A model generated the notes under the pieces. The model was not told the origin of the DNA and searched no databases. It saw nothing but the letters and a program-made list of their open reading frames with translations. A stretch of 64,000 nucleotides of DNA, from the NCBI RefSeq assembly GCF_030144855.1, contig NC_082721.1, forward strand, positions 43,524,001 through 43,588,000, in the 5' to 3' direction. The stretch comes from Hypanus sabinus. Taxonomy: Eukaryota. The position numbers and the translations under genes are program-made. Below are positions 41,101 through 53,029 of the stretch, piece after piece (position 1 is the first letter of the stretch; each line of letters opens with the position of its first letter).

Positions 41101-44100
41101 GCGCCGTGTAACAATCAAACTGTTGCAAGTCATTCAAACTTCAGGCTTCAGACTCGTCATCAGACTCGTCAGGCAAAGAATTAATAAAAAGCAATGCTTT
41201 GGCTGGGTCATCAAAAATATGAGCCCCAGAATTTTTGACAAGAACTCTTAACTTAGCTGGATATTGAAGCTATGGAAAGAGCATTTTTTGTTAAACTAAT
41301 CTCATGGCCGAGGCAAATCCAGCACGCTTCTTAACAATTTCACGTGGAAAATCTTCAAAAAAGTGAATTTCCGAACCTTGAAATTGAAACATCCTTTGTT
41401 TACTTGCAAGCTTAATAATGCGGTCTTTGTCTCTAAAATGGAGAAAACGCGCAATAATATGTCTGTTTTTACCTTGATCCGGAAGTTTTAAAACACCGGT
41501 TCTGTGAGCCATTTCAATCTCCGGGAGTTGCAAACAAACCTCCGGAAATAAAGACTGAAACATTTTAGCAAAATAATCCAGTATGTCAGCAGATTCTGCT
41601 TTCTCTTTCAATCCAACAATACAAGTATTGTTCCGAAGCGTCATTGTTGAGCCTTTTCTAAATGAGAAGAAAGGTCAGCCGCATTTTGACGAAATTCTTT
41701 AAGATTGAGGCTCAGAGAGTCAATTTTTTCTTCAAATTTCTCTTATAGCTGAGTTATTTCAGTGCCGATACTGCTGACTTGAGACTCTATCTCTTCAACC
41801 AAAGGGGTTCCTCCGAGAACTCGTCAGCTTTTTTAGGCTTTCTGTTGCCTAAAAGGTCAGGGTTCCTTTTGGTACTTCTTAGAGTAGCCACAGTTATAAC
41901 TGTTGCTTTACAGATCCGACTAAATAAAGTTGAAATTTCAAAGTTTAAGTCAGTAAAGGGAGAGATTAAAGGTGGACAGAAAGAAACTATGTCTTACATG
42001 TCTGTGAGCGGAAAGCGGAGTCAATATATGATTACAAGAATTCATTCTAATACCACTTGAATGAATTGTCTTTACTATCAACACTGCAGCCTCAATTTAG
42101 ATACAGGTTCAAAAGTAGAGTCAGCTTAGTGTAGAGAATGGGGTGTGTTTAGTTAGAATGATCAAATGGTTCAGGCCTTGGTTTCAGGGAATTTCAGGGG
42201 ATACTGCATGTAGACAAGGAAATGGTAATTGTCAATCTAGGATAGAGTTTCAAAGATAAATTCTCCATCATAGTGAATGCAAGGTGAAAGTAGCACAGAG
42301 TGTAGAAAAAATAAGGAATGTACTCTAGTTGGTGTCTTGAAAGTTGGCGTTCTGTAGCAGAACCAACATACTGAATCAGATATTTTCAGAATAGTTTTGG
42401 CATGTCAAAATTAACACTTGATGCACTAGGAAGCAGCAGCAGTAAAACTTTATATTTCCACCACAATTTGTATCTTGTCATACAGCATATTGTCACTCTA
42501 CCATTGAAATCAAACAAAGCTGCTGACCTTGATTCAGTGTTAAATATAGATGAGTACATGAGGAGAAGGTATCATGTATAAGAATTGGCTGGAGTGACCG
42601 CACTATGTGCATTAATCAATTGAGCTGCCTATAGTTAACTGGCATCCTCAAACCAATAGATCTGAACAAAGGGCTTCTGCCCCTTAAAGACTAGAAATAG
42701 GTGATATGCAAACAACAGACTTGTTAAAACTATGAGATTTTTGCCAGTTGTCCCTGTGAATACAAAATAAATACTATTCAAGGGTACAAAAAAAACAGTC
42801 TTGGAAGAATACAGCAGGTCAAACAGCAACTGTGAAGGCAAAATGTTTTTGTTCATGTTTTGAGTGAAGAACAATATCATAACTCAGAAGGATCAGGAAA
42901 TATTATGAGTGTCGTTCCAAGGTTGTCAAGCTGAGGAGTTGTTCCTTGCATGTAGCTGAGGACAAGCTCCCACTACCTGAAAGTGCTCCTCACGGTATGC
43001 GTCTCAAATAGCCTCTGAAAACCACGTCCAACACCTGGCCTTCTCATGTTGCTTAGCCGCTATGCCCGGCGGAATCGTTTCTGCTGACAGGAGAAGCAGA
43101 AAAGGCTAGTCCTGGTGCCTTAAAACCAATGCTTCAGGTCGATGGATCTGGTTAGTCTTGGAAAGCAGCCCATCTAAGGGAGGGAAAACTCTGATTTCAA
43201 ACCTCCGCTACCTTGCGGCCATAACCACTTATGGGAAAGGCTTTGAGTGTAAACCCCGAGGACAAATACGGAGCTGGAGTCCCGAAGGCAGCATGACATT
43301 GCTTTCAGCCTTGTTCTGGTAACTCCAGCACGTCTCTAGTGCCAAGCTGTATCGGCACTTCCCTTGGACAACATCGGTGGCTGGAGAGGGAAGACTTGCT
43401 GCTTGGGCAACTGCTTGTCTTCTATCCAACCTCGCCCAGGCCTGCACCCTGGAGAGACTGAAGCAGGACTTTCCAGGTGCAGATCCATGGTCTTGTGAGA
43501 CTAACAGATGCCATCCATGTATGTAGTGTAGAACTCTGAGTTTTGTCTTCCCCAGATAACCATGAAACAAGTAATTGGTCAATATCACATCCCCTACTCA
43601 CAAAACATAAACAAATCATGCAAACAGCAACAAGGACATCAACCCCTCCCCATGTGCAAAAATCAAATAATTGAAACCATATCAAGAACATCAGCCATCC
43701 TCAAGTGCAAAAACTACATCATGCATCCACAACAAGCAGGTCAACCCTCCCTAATAAATATCGAATAAGAACATTGCTCAACAGCAACAAGACCATCAAA
43801 GCCACCATGAACCAAAAAACCCCCAAATCCGTCAAACCGCAATAAGTGCATCAACCACACCCCAGGTACAAAATAGCAAATTCTGCAAACTGCACCTTGA
43901 ACATGAAACCTCCCCATGTGTAAATATAGAAATCAGGCTAGTGAGACAAGAGCATCAACCAACCCCATGCGCAAATGCAAATAGTGGAAACATGAACATG
44001 AACACCAATCAGCTATACACGTGGAAAAATACCCGAACAAAATCACGTAAAAAAGAACACGAAAGAACGGGCAAAAACACAGAACATAAAACATAAAACA

Positions 44101-44445
44101 TAAAAAGAGTCAAAGTGAACTACAGTCCAATCCATAAATTGCCGACACAGGCCTTCGCTAACATCCTCCGGTGGTATCGAAGTGAAAGTCCACTGGAACA
44201 CAAGGGCCTTCCCTCAGAAGGAGTAAGGAAAACACCGTCACATGCAGACGCCTTGCACTGCATCAGCGATCGAGAAGCTGCTGGCTGGTGCTGAACATTT
44301 GCTCGCCTTCAGGGTGCTCCAGTTTCCTCCAGGTCTAAAGGTCTACAGTTTTATTTCTATAGATTGACCGTTGAGAGCATTCTGACTGGCTGCATGATTT
44401 GGTTTGGAGGGGCCACTGCACAAGATCGGTAAAAGCTGCAAAAAG

Positions 44446-44518
44446 TTGTAAACTCAGCTAGCCTCTTCTTTATCAATAATGACATTATTGATAAAGAAGA
44501 GGCTAGCTGAGTTTACAA
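44446..44518. repeat. Perfect 73-bp palindrome (36-bp arms, 1-nt spacer)
   Basis: ttgtaaactcagctagcctcttctttatcaataatg - a - cattattgataaagaagaggctagctgagtttacaa. Confidence 0.97.
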
Positions 44519-44529
44519 TCCCATAAGAT

Positions 44530-45305
44530 TGTTACAAAGGCGGAGCAAGGGTGGACCCAAATGCAGGACACAAACACGTTTTGTAGGCTTAACTAAATAG
44601 AATTTATTAATAGCTACAAGGAAAAACCCTGACACAAGGATAGAACAAAGAGAAACCAAGGAGAGAGCCATGCGGTAGTGGGAATAAGCATAATGGACTA
44701 GGACTCAGGACCTGGACTGATGCTGGGACTCAGGGTCTGGGCTAGGACTTGGAACTCCAGGACCCGGACTTGGACTAGGTACTCCAGGACCCGGACTTGG
44801 ACTAGGTACTAGGAACTCAGAGCCAGGACTCAGAACACGGACCTCGGAGCCAGGACTCAGAACCTGGACCTCAAAACCTGGAATATGGAATTCTGGACCC
44901 AGACATGGACATGATACTTGAACCTCGGGACCCTGGACTTGATACTTGAACCTCGGAGCTGGGCCTTGAACCATGAAACCTGGACTTGGACTTGAATATG
45001 AATTGACTTTTCTTCCACGTTGCTCTGTCAGAGAAACAAGCTTGCTTCACATCTGTCCTAAATAAGCAGCTCCTGATTTTAAACACTATTTTCAAGATGT
45101 TCCGATGAGACTAAACAATCTGTCCATAGCCTCCCTGCTGAGACCATCAGGTGCTGATGATCAAATCAATTTCCCTCTCCATTTTCAAATTTCCAGTGAG
45201 CACAGGCCTGCCATTCCCTCACAACATGACATATATATCAGAGAACTGAATCCAATAAAAGGGAAGAAAGGAGACAGGAAGCAGGGTTCCTCCTTTCAAC
45301 TAACA
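44530..45305. mobile_element. Solo LTR with internal short tandem repeats
   Basis: TGTTAC...CTAACA; near-TSD AAGAT/ATGAT; ~21-27-bp tandem units at 44690-44990; shares ggacccaaatgcaggac with the 37271 LTR. Confidence 0.7.
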
Positions 45306-45971
45306 ATGATACTGAAAGGGACTATTAGGCATTGGATTAGAGAAATTTAGATAAGCATGTGCTTATTCATAATAGTTAGCCATGGATTGGTGCTGGGCTG
45401 AACATGCATTACAAATTAACTGCAGCTTTTGGGGAGGTGAGAAAAATGATTGATGATGTTAGAGTTGAGGATGTTTTTTTACATGAATTTTGGAACGGCA
45501 TTTGACAAGCTTCTCCGATAGTCTGATTCAGAAAACTAATTCACTTTGTATCCATGATAACTTATTTGACTGGATTTAAAATTGGTTGGCCATTGAAGAC
45601 AGAGGGTAGTAGTGGATGGGGAATATCCACTTTGGAGCACCATCACTAGTGGTTTTCCACAGGAATCAGTTCTGGGAGCTCTGTTGCTTATGATTACAGA
45701 AAGTGACTTGGATCAGATGCAGATTAGCAGGCTCCTAAGCTTGCTGATGGAAAAAGAAATACAGAGATTGTTTTCACTACCCCAATGGGATTTCACCAGG
45801 GCTCCTTTCAATAGAAACACAGAATGCTATATTCAGAAAGGCTACCTGGACCTGATAACCACCCTGACCAGAAGGACTATAACCCAGGTTTCTGAAAGAT
45901 GCAATAGACAATAGACAATAGGTGCAGAAGTACACCATTCGGCCCCTCGAGTCTGCACCACCATTCTGAGA

Positions 45972-48866
45972 TCATGGCTGATCATTCACTTTAAAATACC
46001 CAGTCCCTGCCTTGTCCCCATATCCCTTGATTCCCCTATCCATCAGATATCTATCTAGCTCCTTCTTGAAAACATCCAGAGAATTGGCCTCCACCGTCTT
46101 CCAAGGCAGTGCATTCCACACCTCCACAACTCTCTGGGAGAAGAAGTTCTTCCTCAACTCTGTTTTAAATAACTGACTTCTTATTCTCAATCCATGCCCT
46201 CTGGTACTGGACTCTCCCAACATCTGGAACATATTTCCTGCCTCAATCCTATCAAATCCTTTAATTATCTTAAACGTTTCAATCAGATCCCCTCTCAATC
46301 TCCTCAATTCTAGTGTGTACAAGCCCAATCTCTCCAATCTCTCTGCGTAAGACAGCCCTGCCATCCCAGGAATCAACCTAGTGAATCTACGCTGCACTTC
46401 CTCAATTGCCAGAATGTCCTTCCTTAAACCTGGAGACCAAAACTGTACACAATATTCCAGGTGTGGTCTCACCAGGGCCCTGTACAAATGCAAAAGGACA
46501 TCCTTGCTCTTGTATTCAATTCCCCTTGTAATAAAGGCCAACATTCCATTTGCCCTCTTCACTGCCTCTCGCACTTGCTCATTCACCTTCATTGTCTGAT
46601 GAACTAGGACTCCTAGGTCTCTTTGCATTTCTCCCTTACCTAATTCTACACCGTTCAGACAATACTTTGCCCTCTTGTTCCTGCTTCCAAAGTGGATAAC
46701 TTCACATTTATTCACATTGAATGACATCTGCCAAGTATCTGCCCACTCCCCCAGCCTATCCAAGTCTCCCTGTATTCTCCTAACGTCCTCTTCGCATGTC
46801 ACACTGCCACCCATTTTAGTATCGTCAGCAAACTTGCTGATATAGTTTTCAATGCCCTCATCTAAATCGTTGACATAAATCGTAAAGAGCTGTGGTCCCA
46901 ATACAGAGCCCTGTGTTACCCCACTAGTCACCTCCAGCCAGTCCGAGAAACACCCATTCACTGCTACCCTTTGCTTTCTATCTGCCAACCAGTTTTCAAT
47001 CCATGTTGAAACCCTGCCCCCAATGCCATGAGCTCTGATTTTACTCACCAATCTCCTATGTGGCACCTTATCGAATGCCTTCTGAAAATCTAGGTACACA
47101 ACATCCACTGGCTTTCCCTCATCTAACATCCTTGATACACCCTTAAAAAACTCCAACAGATTAGTCAAGCATGATTTGCCCTTGGTAAATCCATGCTGGC
47201 TCGGCCTAATCCTATTACTGCCATCAAGATGTGCCACTATTTCGTCCTTAATAATGGACTCAAGCATCTTCCCCATGACTGACGTTAGGCTAACAGCGTG
47301 ATAGTTCTCCGTTTTCTCCTTCCCTCCCTTCTTGAAAAGTGGGATAACATTAGCCACTCTCCAATCATCAGGAACTGATCCTGAATCTAAGGAACATTGG
47401 AAAATGATTACCAATGCATCCGAAATTTCCTGAGCCACCTCTTTTAGAACCCTTGGATGCAGACCATCTGGACCCGGGGATTTATTAGCCTTCAGTCCTA
47501 CCAGTCTACTCATCACAGTTTCTTTCCTAATGTCAATCTGTCTCAATTCCTTTGATATCTTATGACCCTGGCCCATCCATACATCTGGGAGATTGCTTGT
47601 GTCCTCCCTGGTGAAGACAGATCTAAAGTACGCATTAAATTCTGTTGACATTTCCCTGTTTCCCATAACAATTTCTCCCAATCCATTCTTCAAGGGGCCA
47701 ACATTGTTCTTAACTATCTTCTTTCTCTTCACATAGCTAAAAAAGCTTTTGCTATCCCCTTTTATATTCCTGGCTAGACTGAGCTCATACCTGATTTTTT
47801 CTCTCCGTATTGCTTTTTTAGTTAAGATCTGCTGTTCCTTAAAACTTTCCCAATCATCTGTATTCCCACTCATCTTAGCCCTGTCATACTTCTTTTTCTT
47901 TAATGCTATACAATCTCTGACTTCCTTTGTCAACCACTGTGGCCCCTTCCCCCTCTTTGAATCCTTCCTTCTCATTGGAATGAACTGCTTTTGCATCTTT
48001 TGTATTATCCCCAAGAATATCTGCCACTGCTGATCCACTGTCTTTCCTGCCAGGGCATCCGCCCATTTAACTTTGGCCAGCTCTTCCCTCATGGCTCCGT
48101 AGTCTCCTTTATTTAATTGCAACACTGACACCTCTGATCTGCCCTTATCCCTGTCAAATTGTAGATAAAAACTTATCATGTTATGATCACTGCTTCCTAA
48201 TGGCTCCTTTACTTCAAGATCACTTTTCAATTCCTGTTCATTACACATCACCAAGTCCAAAATAGCCTCGTTCCTGGTTGGCTCAAGCACAAGCTGTTCC
48301 AAAAATACATCCCTTAGACACTCCACAAACTCCCTATCATGGGGTCCAGCACCTACCTGATTCTCCCAGTTCACCTGCATGTTGAAATCTCCCATAACGA
48401 CTGCATTACCTTTAGCACATGCCAATGTTAACTCCCTAATCAACTTGTACCCAATATCCACGCTACTGTTAGGGGGCCTGTACACAACACCCATTAGGGT
48501 CTTTTTACCCTTACTGTTCCTCAGCTCAATCCACACAGATTCTACTTCCCCTGTTCCCAAGTCACCTCTTGCTAAGGACTGAATCTCATTCCTCACCAAC
48601 AGGGCCACCCCACCCCCTCTTCCCATATTTCTGTCTCTACGATAGCACGTATACCCTGGTACACTCAATTCCCAGGCCTGATCCCCTTGCAGCCATGTCT
48701 CCGTTATCCCAACAATATCGTAGTTCCCCATTTTCATCTGAGCTTCAAGCTCAAATGTCTTATTTCTGACACTACGTGCATTCAAGTATAGAATTCTTAG
48801 CCCATTCCTCCTCTCTTTGCTTAAAACACTGTCTATTGTACCTAACCCATCTCCTTGAACTTCCAT
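45972..48866 (-). CDS. Intact CR1 ORF2 (APE endonuclease + reverse transcriptase), 964 aa from MEVQG
   Basis: Uninterrupted ORF with YLNARS, GITETW, GDFN, SDH, YLDFQKAFD and FADD; (TCTATTG)n tail near 45900-45921; element is 5'-truncated near 48940. Confidence 0.93.
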   Translation of the reverse strand: MEVQGDGLGTIDSVLSKERRNGLRILYLNARSVRNKTFELEAQMKMGNYDIVGITETWLQGDQAWELSVPGYTCYRRDRNMGRGGGVALLVRNEIQSLARGDLGTGEVESVWIELRNSKGKKTLMGVVYRPPNSSVDIGYKLIRELTLACAKGNAVVMGDFNMQVNWENQVGAGPHDREFVECLRDVFLEQLVLEPTRNEAILDLVMCNEQELKSDLEVKEPLGSSDHNMISFYLQFDRDKGRSEVSVLQLNKGDYGAMREELAKVKWADALAGKTVDQQWQIFLGIIQKMQKQFIPMRRKDSKRGKGPQWLTKEVRDCIALKKKKYDRAKMSGNTDDWESFKEQQILTKKAIRREKIRYELSLARNIKGDSKSFFSYVKRKKIVKNNVGPLKNGLGEIVMGNREMSTEFNAYFRSVFTREDTSNLPDVWMGQGHKISKELRQIDIRKETVMSRLVGLKANKSPGPDGLHPRVLKEVAQEISDALVIIFQCSLDSGSVPDDWRVANVIPLFKKGGKEKTENYHAVSLTSVMGKMLESIIKDEIVAHLDGSNRIRPSQHGFTKGKSCLTNLLEFFKGVSRMLDEGKPVDVVYLDFQKAFDKVPHRRLVSKIRAHGIGGRVSTWIENWLADRKQRVAVNGCFSDWLEVTSGVTQGSVLGPQLFTIYVNDLDEGIENYISKFADDTKMGGSVTCEEDVRRIQGDLDRLGEWADTWQMSFNVNKCEVIHFGSRNKRAKYCLNGVELGKGEMQRDLGVLVHQTMKVNEQVREAVKRANGMLAFITRGIEYKSKDVLLHLYRALVRPHLEYCVQFWSPGLRKDILAIEEVQRRFTRLIPGMAGLSYAERLERLGLYTLELRRLRGDLIETFKIIKGFDRIEAGNMFQMLGESSTRGHGLRIRSQLFKTELRKNFFSQRVVEVWNALPWKTVEANSLDVFKKELDRYLMDRGIKGYGDKAGTGYFKVNDQP

Positions 48867-48944
48867 CGGGCTAATTGCACCCTGAATTTTGATGACCTTC
48901 TCAAGATCACCCAAGCAGTTAAGAAAATTGTTGAATTGAAGCGT

Positions 48945-50100
48945 TAGTTGTGATCTTTCAAGAATCATTAGATTCCAGAATACTTTCAGAGGAATGGAAA
49001 ATTGCAAATGTAACTTCACTCTTTAAGAAGGGAAGGATGCAAAGAGCAGGTAAGTACATGCCAGTTAGTCTGACTTCAGTGGCTTGCAAGATGTTAGATT
49101 TCATTATTAAAATGAGATTTTACAGAACTTGCAGTCTCATGATAACAGGGAGCTAAGTCATTATGGTTTTCTAAAAGAGAAATCATGCCTAAAAGGTCTG
49201 TTTGAATTCTTTGAGAAAATAACAGGCAGGATAAACAAAGGAGAGCAAGTGTAAGTTGTTTTAAATTAGATACTCAGAAGCTCTGAGAAGAGGTCAATGT
49301 TGGGACCACTACTTTTCATGTTTTATGTCAATGATATAGATGATGAAATTGATAGCTGTATGGCCAAGTTTGTGGATGATACAAAGACAGGTGGAGAGGC
49401 ATGAAGTGCTGATGAATTAGGGAGTAAGCAGAAGGACTTGGAAAGATTAGGAAAATGGGAATAGAAGTAGCAGATGGAAGACAGTGTAAGGAAGTGTAAG
49501 GTCATGCATGCTTGTGGACTATTTTCTTAACAGGGAACTAATCCAGAAATCAGAGGTGCAAAGAGACTTGGGAGTCCTAGTGCAGGAATCTATAATGGTT
49601 GAGTTACAAGTTGAGGCAGTACTTTTGAAAGTGAATTGAGAAGACTGCAATATAAAGGAAAGATATAATCCTGAGGCCTTCATAAGGTATTGGGTCAGAC
49701 TGCATAAGGAGTATTGTGAGCAGTCTTCTCAGGAAATGGAAATGCTGGCATAGGAGACGAGGTTCAAGAATGATCTTCGGAATGAAATGATTAACATATG
49801 AGGAATGATTGATGTTTCTGGATTTGTACTCACTGGAGTTTAGAAGAATAGTTTGGATTTCATTGAAAGCTGTCAAATAATGAATGGCCTAGTAGAGTGG
49901 ACATGGAGAGGACATTTCCAATCGTGGGGGAATCTAGGACCAGGGACCAGAGCTTCAGAACACAAAGTCTCTCCATTAGAACAGAAATGAGGAGGGATGA
50001 CTTCAGCCAGAGACTGGTGAATATATGGAATTCATTGCCACTGATAGCAGTGGAGGCATCAAAGCCAAGGGGAGGAGAATGGCGATGAGAAGGGTAATAG
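48945..50100 (+). mobile_element. Older CR1 RT fragment
   Basis: IFQESLDSR..EEWKIANVTSLFKKG and later fragments, with many stops. Confidence 0.75.
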
Positions 50101-50926
50101 ATTAATCATGAATAGATGGTATTGAGAAGGAATATTTATCAATCATGGAAGAGCATTCTCTGAGCCAAATGGATTCGTTCTGCTCCTGTGCTGCATCATC
50201 TTTTGGCGATTCGTTAGTGGAAGGAAGGTTATTGATGTAGCAGCGGGATGAGTGTGTTGCATGAGGAACTACTGAGTGATATCCTGGGACTGGGATGTTT
50301 GATGTCAAACAACCATAATGTCTTAATTTTGGTGAAATATGATTCTTGTTACTGATATATTTTGCTCATAATATTACATATTGATGGAATGTTTGAAAGC
50401 AAAAAGAGCACAAATCAGGTTGCTTAACTCGGAACTGAGTTGTGCCGAATGGCCTCATTATGTGTTTTGGTAAATTCTACCATAAGACCACAGGACATTG
50501 GAGCAGAAACAGGCTATTCAGCTTATTATTCCTCTCAACCCCATTCTTCTGACTTCTCCCCAAAACATCTTCACTAAATAAGAAGCTGTCAACTGCTGTT
50601 AAAAATAAGCATATTTTCCAAGTCATTATCCCAAGGACTTGGAGCCCAGAGCCGTCTGTGGCAATGAGTTCCACAGATCCACTACTGTCTGGCTGAGGAA
50701 ATTCATCTCTGTTCTAAACAGACTGTCTTGTACTCTGAGATTGTGTCTGACCCTAAATTACCAAATGACAATGAACAGTGCAGTTTATGCTGTAATATTT
50801 GATTAAAGACTTTTTTCAGTATAAGATTATTACTTGAATATTCCTTTACCTCTTCAGGGAGCACAAAGGTATCACAAAGTGGGAAGGGCAACTTGGTAAC
50901 AGGTTGGTGTGAGATTTCCCTAATTG

Positions 50927-50975
50927 ATGGGAATGTTGGAATGGTGGATCTTACTCATTGCAGTGTGGGGTTTTG
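50927..50975 (+). other. Candidate orphan signal-peptide (leader) exon
   Basis: ATG GGA ATG...TTT G|GTGAGT gives MGMLEWWILLIAVWGF plus a phase-1 donor; no downstream exon is visible because a gap follows. Confidence 0.3.
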
Positions 50976-51011
50976 GTGAGTGTGTTTTCTCTACCAGAAA
51001 CCCAGTACTGC

Positions 51012-51215
51012 NNNNNNNNNNNNNNNNNNNNNNNNNNNNNNNNNNNNNNNNNNNNNNNNNNNNNNNNNNNNNNNNNNNNNNNNNNNNNNNNNNNNNNNNN
51101 NNNNNNNNNNNNNNNNNNNNNNNNNNNNNNNNNNNNNNNNNNNNNNNNNNNNNNNNNNNNNNNNNNNNNNNNNNNNNNNNNNNNNNNNNNNNNNNNNNNN
51201 NNNNNNNNNNNNNNN
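51012..51215. other. Assembly gap (204 N)
   Basis: Run of N. Confidence 1.
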
Positions 51216-52378
51216 GTTAAAAGGGGGAAGAGGACAGCGAGGGGAAGGAGGTGAAGGTTGTGTGAAATGAGGGTGAGGACATAAAGAAGCAATTCCAGCT
51301 GTACCAGCACGGCCGGGTTCTCACCTTACCTCTCCTCAATAAGGAATATTGCCTCCCTCCCACCTGCTTTCCTTACTGCACTTCTGTCTCCAGGGCTTAT
51401 TCCCTCATCTCACCTTCACTATCAGCTGTTACCCTCTCTCCATTCATCTCTCACTCCTTCTTTCTATATCTCTCTTTCTCTTACCCACACAATGTTCCTC
51501 TCTCTGTCACCAAAATTTCTGCTTCTCCAATGACGAACAACAGGAGTGTCGTCATTACTTGAAATCCCCGACGTTAATCACTAAGTGTTGACCAGCACTT
51601 CATTGAGGTAGCGGGAAGTAGATGAGTGGAGGTGGGCTCGCAGTCCAGAAGCGAGATGGTGGGGAGGGCGGTGAAGGATTAAAGTAGGATCAGGGTTCGG
51701 GAAATAAATGTAACAGCACTGCCAGAGGAGAAAGGTTGAGGTGTCAGCCTAGGATGCATTGATCGGTATAGTGTTCGGTTGCAAAGAGAAGTCAAAGGGG
51801 CTGAGAGTGCGGCTGAGACGGTAGGGGAAGAGGAATCAGGAAATTGTGAAACAAATGCTTAACTATTCTGTCTCTGAGCTCTTGCACCCCAACGCTGTCG
51901 CCCAAGAGATGATTGAGGAACAGCTTTTAAACTTCTGATATGGCAATTTTCATCCCTTATAATCCATTTATTTCAGACAACCAGACTTTCCAATTTGTCA
52001 GTATCGGTGATTACTACCGGAACCTCACTATCCCAGAACAAAGCTACAACTTATCCCTCTCTCCGCCAAAGCTACTCCAGAACCTGAATATTTGCAGCCA
52101 TGCTCAGTTCATTTCTTTCACTAAACTTCCCAAGACCAACTGTTGGCATCGCAGCCTTACAGTCAACCCATAACACTGTTCTCAGAGGTGCTTCGCGTTC
52201 TTCTTTGCTAATATTCGGTACTCAAAGCTGCTGAAGAGAAACTTCAGGAAACCAGGACACGAACCAGAGTAGAGAGACGAATCTCCTTTCTTTTTGATTC
52301 TCCCACTCGGTGTCAGAATTTGATGAACTCGAAAGATGTCAAAATGCACACATGGAAATCATTCCTGCACTGATCATG

Positions 52379-52384
52379 TTTATT
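52379..52384 (-). terminator. Poly(A) signal of the IgL gene (second AATAAA at 52433-52438)
   Basis: AATAAA on the minus strand ~320 nt after the stop, followed by TG/T-rich sequence. Confidence 0.65.
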
Positions 52385-52706
52385 TGCAGTTAGTCACCGT
52401 TAGTCTGGAACTGAGGACGAATCACAAAATCATTTATTATTCTAATTAATCCAAACCCCAGTGCCAGAGAAAACCATTCACCGGCTGAAATTTCCAGAAG
52501 ACAAATCACTGTCCACTTTAACACCGCGTAGCCTCTCCGTAGGAAAATCAGCCTCGGGAACAAATATTCCAACATCAAAATGGAAACTACAGAGAGCGGA
52601 ACAGAAGGGAAGTACAGGGATGAGCGAGTAAGAGTGGTAGAGGTGAAAGATACAGGGCAGTGATCTCACGTTAATCAGGGAAGAAACAAGGCCGAAGCCG
52701 CGCTGT

Positions 52707-53029
52707 TTAACAGCTGGATTGTGTGACTGTTGCGGATGTTGTCGAGGCTGCTCCTTGTTGAACTGAGCAGGAGTACCTCTTCCCACTGCTCCAGTCTGCG
52801 CCGGGCACCGTCAGGTAGCTGCTGAGACTGAAGGTTTTGTCTGCATTCTGAGTCACCCCGCTGGTTTTCACCTCACTGCTCGTCGGACTGCCGTTCACTG
52901 TCCAGCTGACGACAGGGAAGCCCACCGACAATTTACTGACCAGGCAAACTAAGGTGCCCGCTCCTTTAGAGGAGAGCTCCTCGGCTGACGGCCCAAGCAG
53001 TTTCACTGAAGGGTCCGGGAGCTGCCGAT
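52707..53029 (-). CDS. Ig light-chain constant exon
   Basis: Acceptor tttatcttgcag|AT; DRQLPDPSVKLLGPSAEEL...LVCLV...VSWTV...YSCSV...TQSSC*; C1-set Cys/Trp/Cys and a terminal Cys. Confidence 0.97.

Larger units (their letters stand above)
28822..42030 (-). mobile_element. Near full-length L1-clade LINE (~5.7 kb net), decayed, split by a Gypsy element and a solo LTR
   Basis: ORF1 41291-41644 (EIEMAHR, IIARFLHF); APE start LSWNVRG...QETH 40173-40367; RT 38159-38908 (SLDAEKAFDR, LCADD); C-terminal CDRC...HMFWAC 29433-29957; T-rich tail on the + strand near 28830. The 5' boundary is approximate. Confidence 0.85.

Noticed and set aside
44690-44990. Short repeat array resembling CRISPR
   Set aside because: Contiguous degenerate units with no unique spacers, inside a vertebrate LTR.
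50969-51007. Nonamer-like GGTTTTGGT before the gap
   Set aside because: The position 23 nt on reads CCCAGTA, which lacks the essential GTG end.
50924-51310. ORFs spanning the N run
   Set aside because: Length is an artefact of the Ns.
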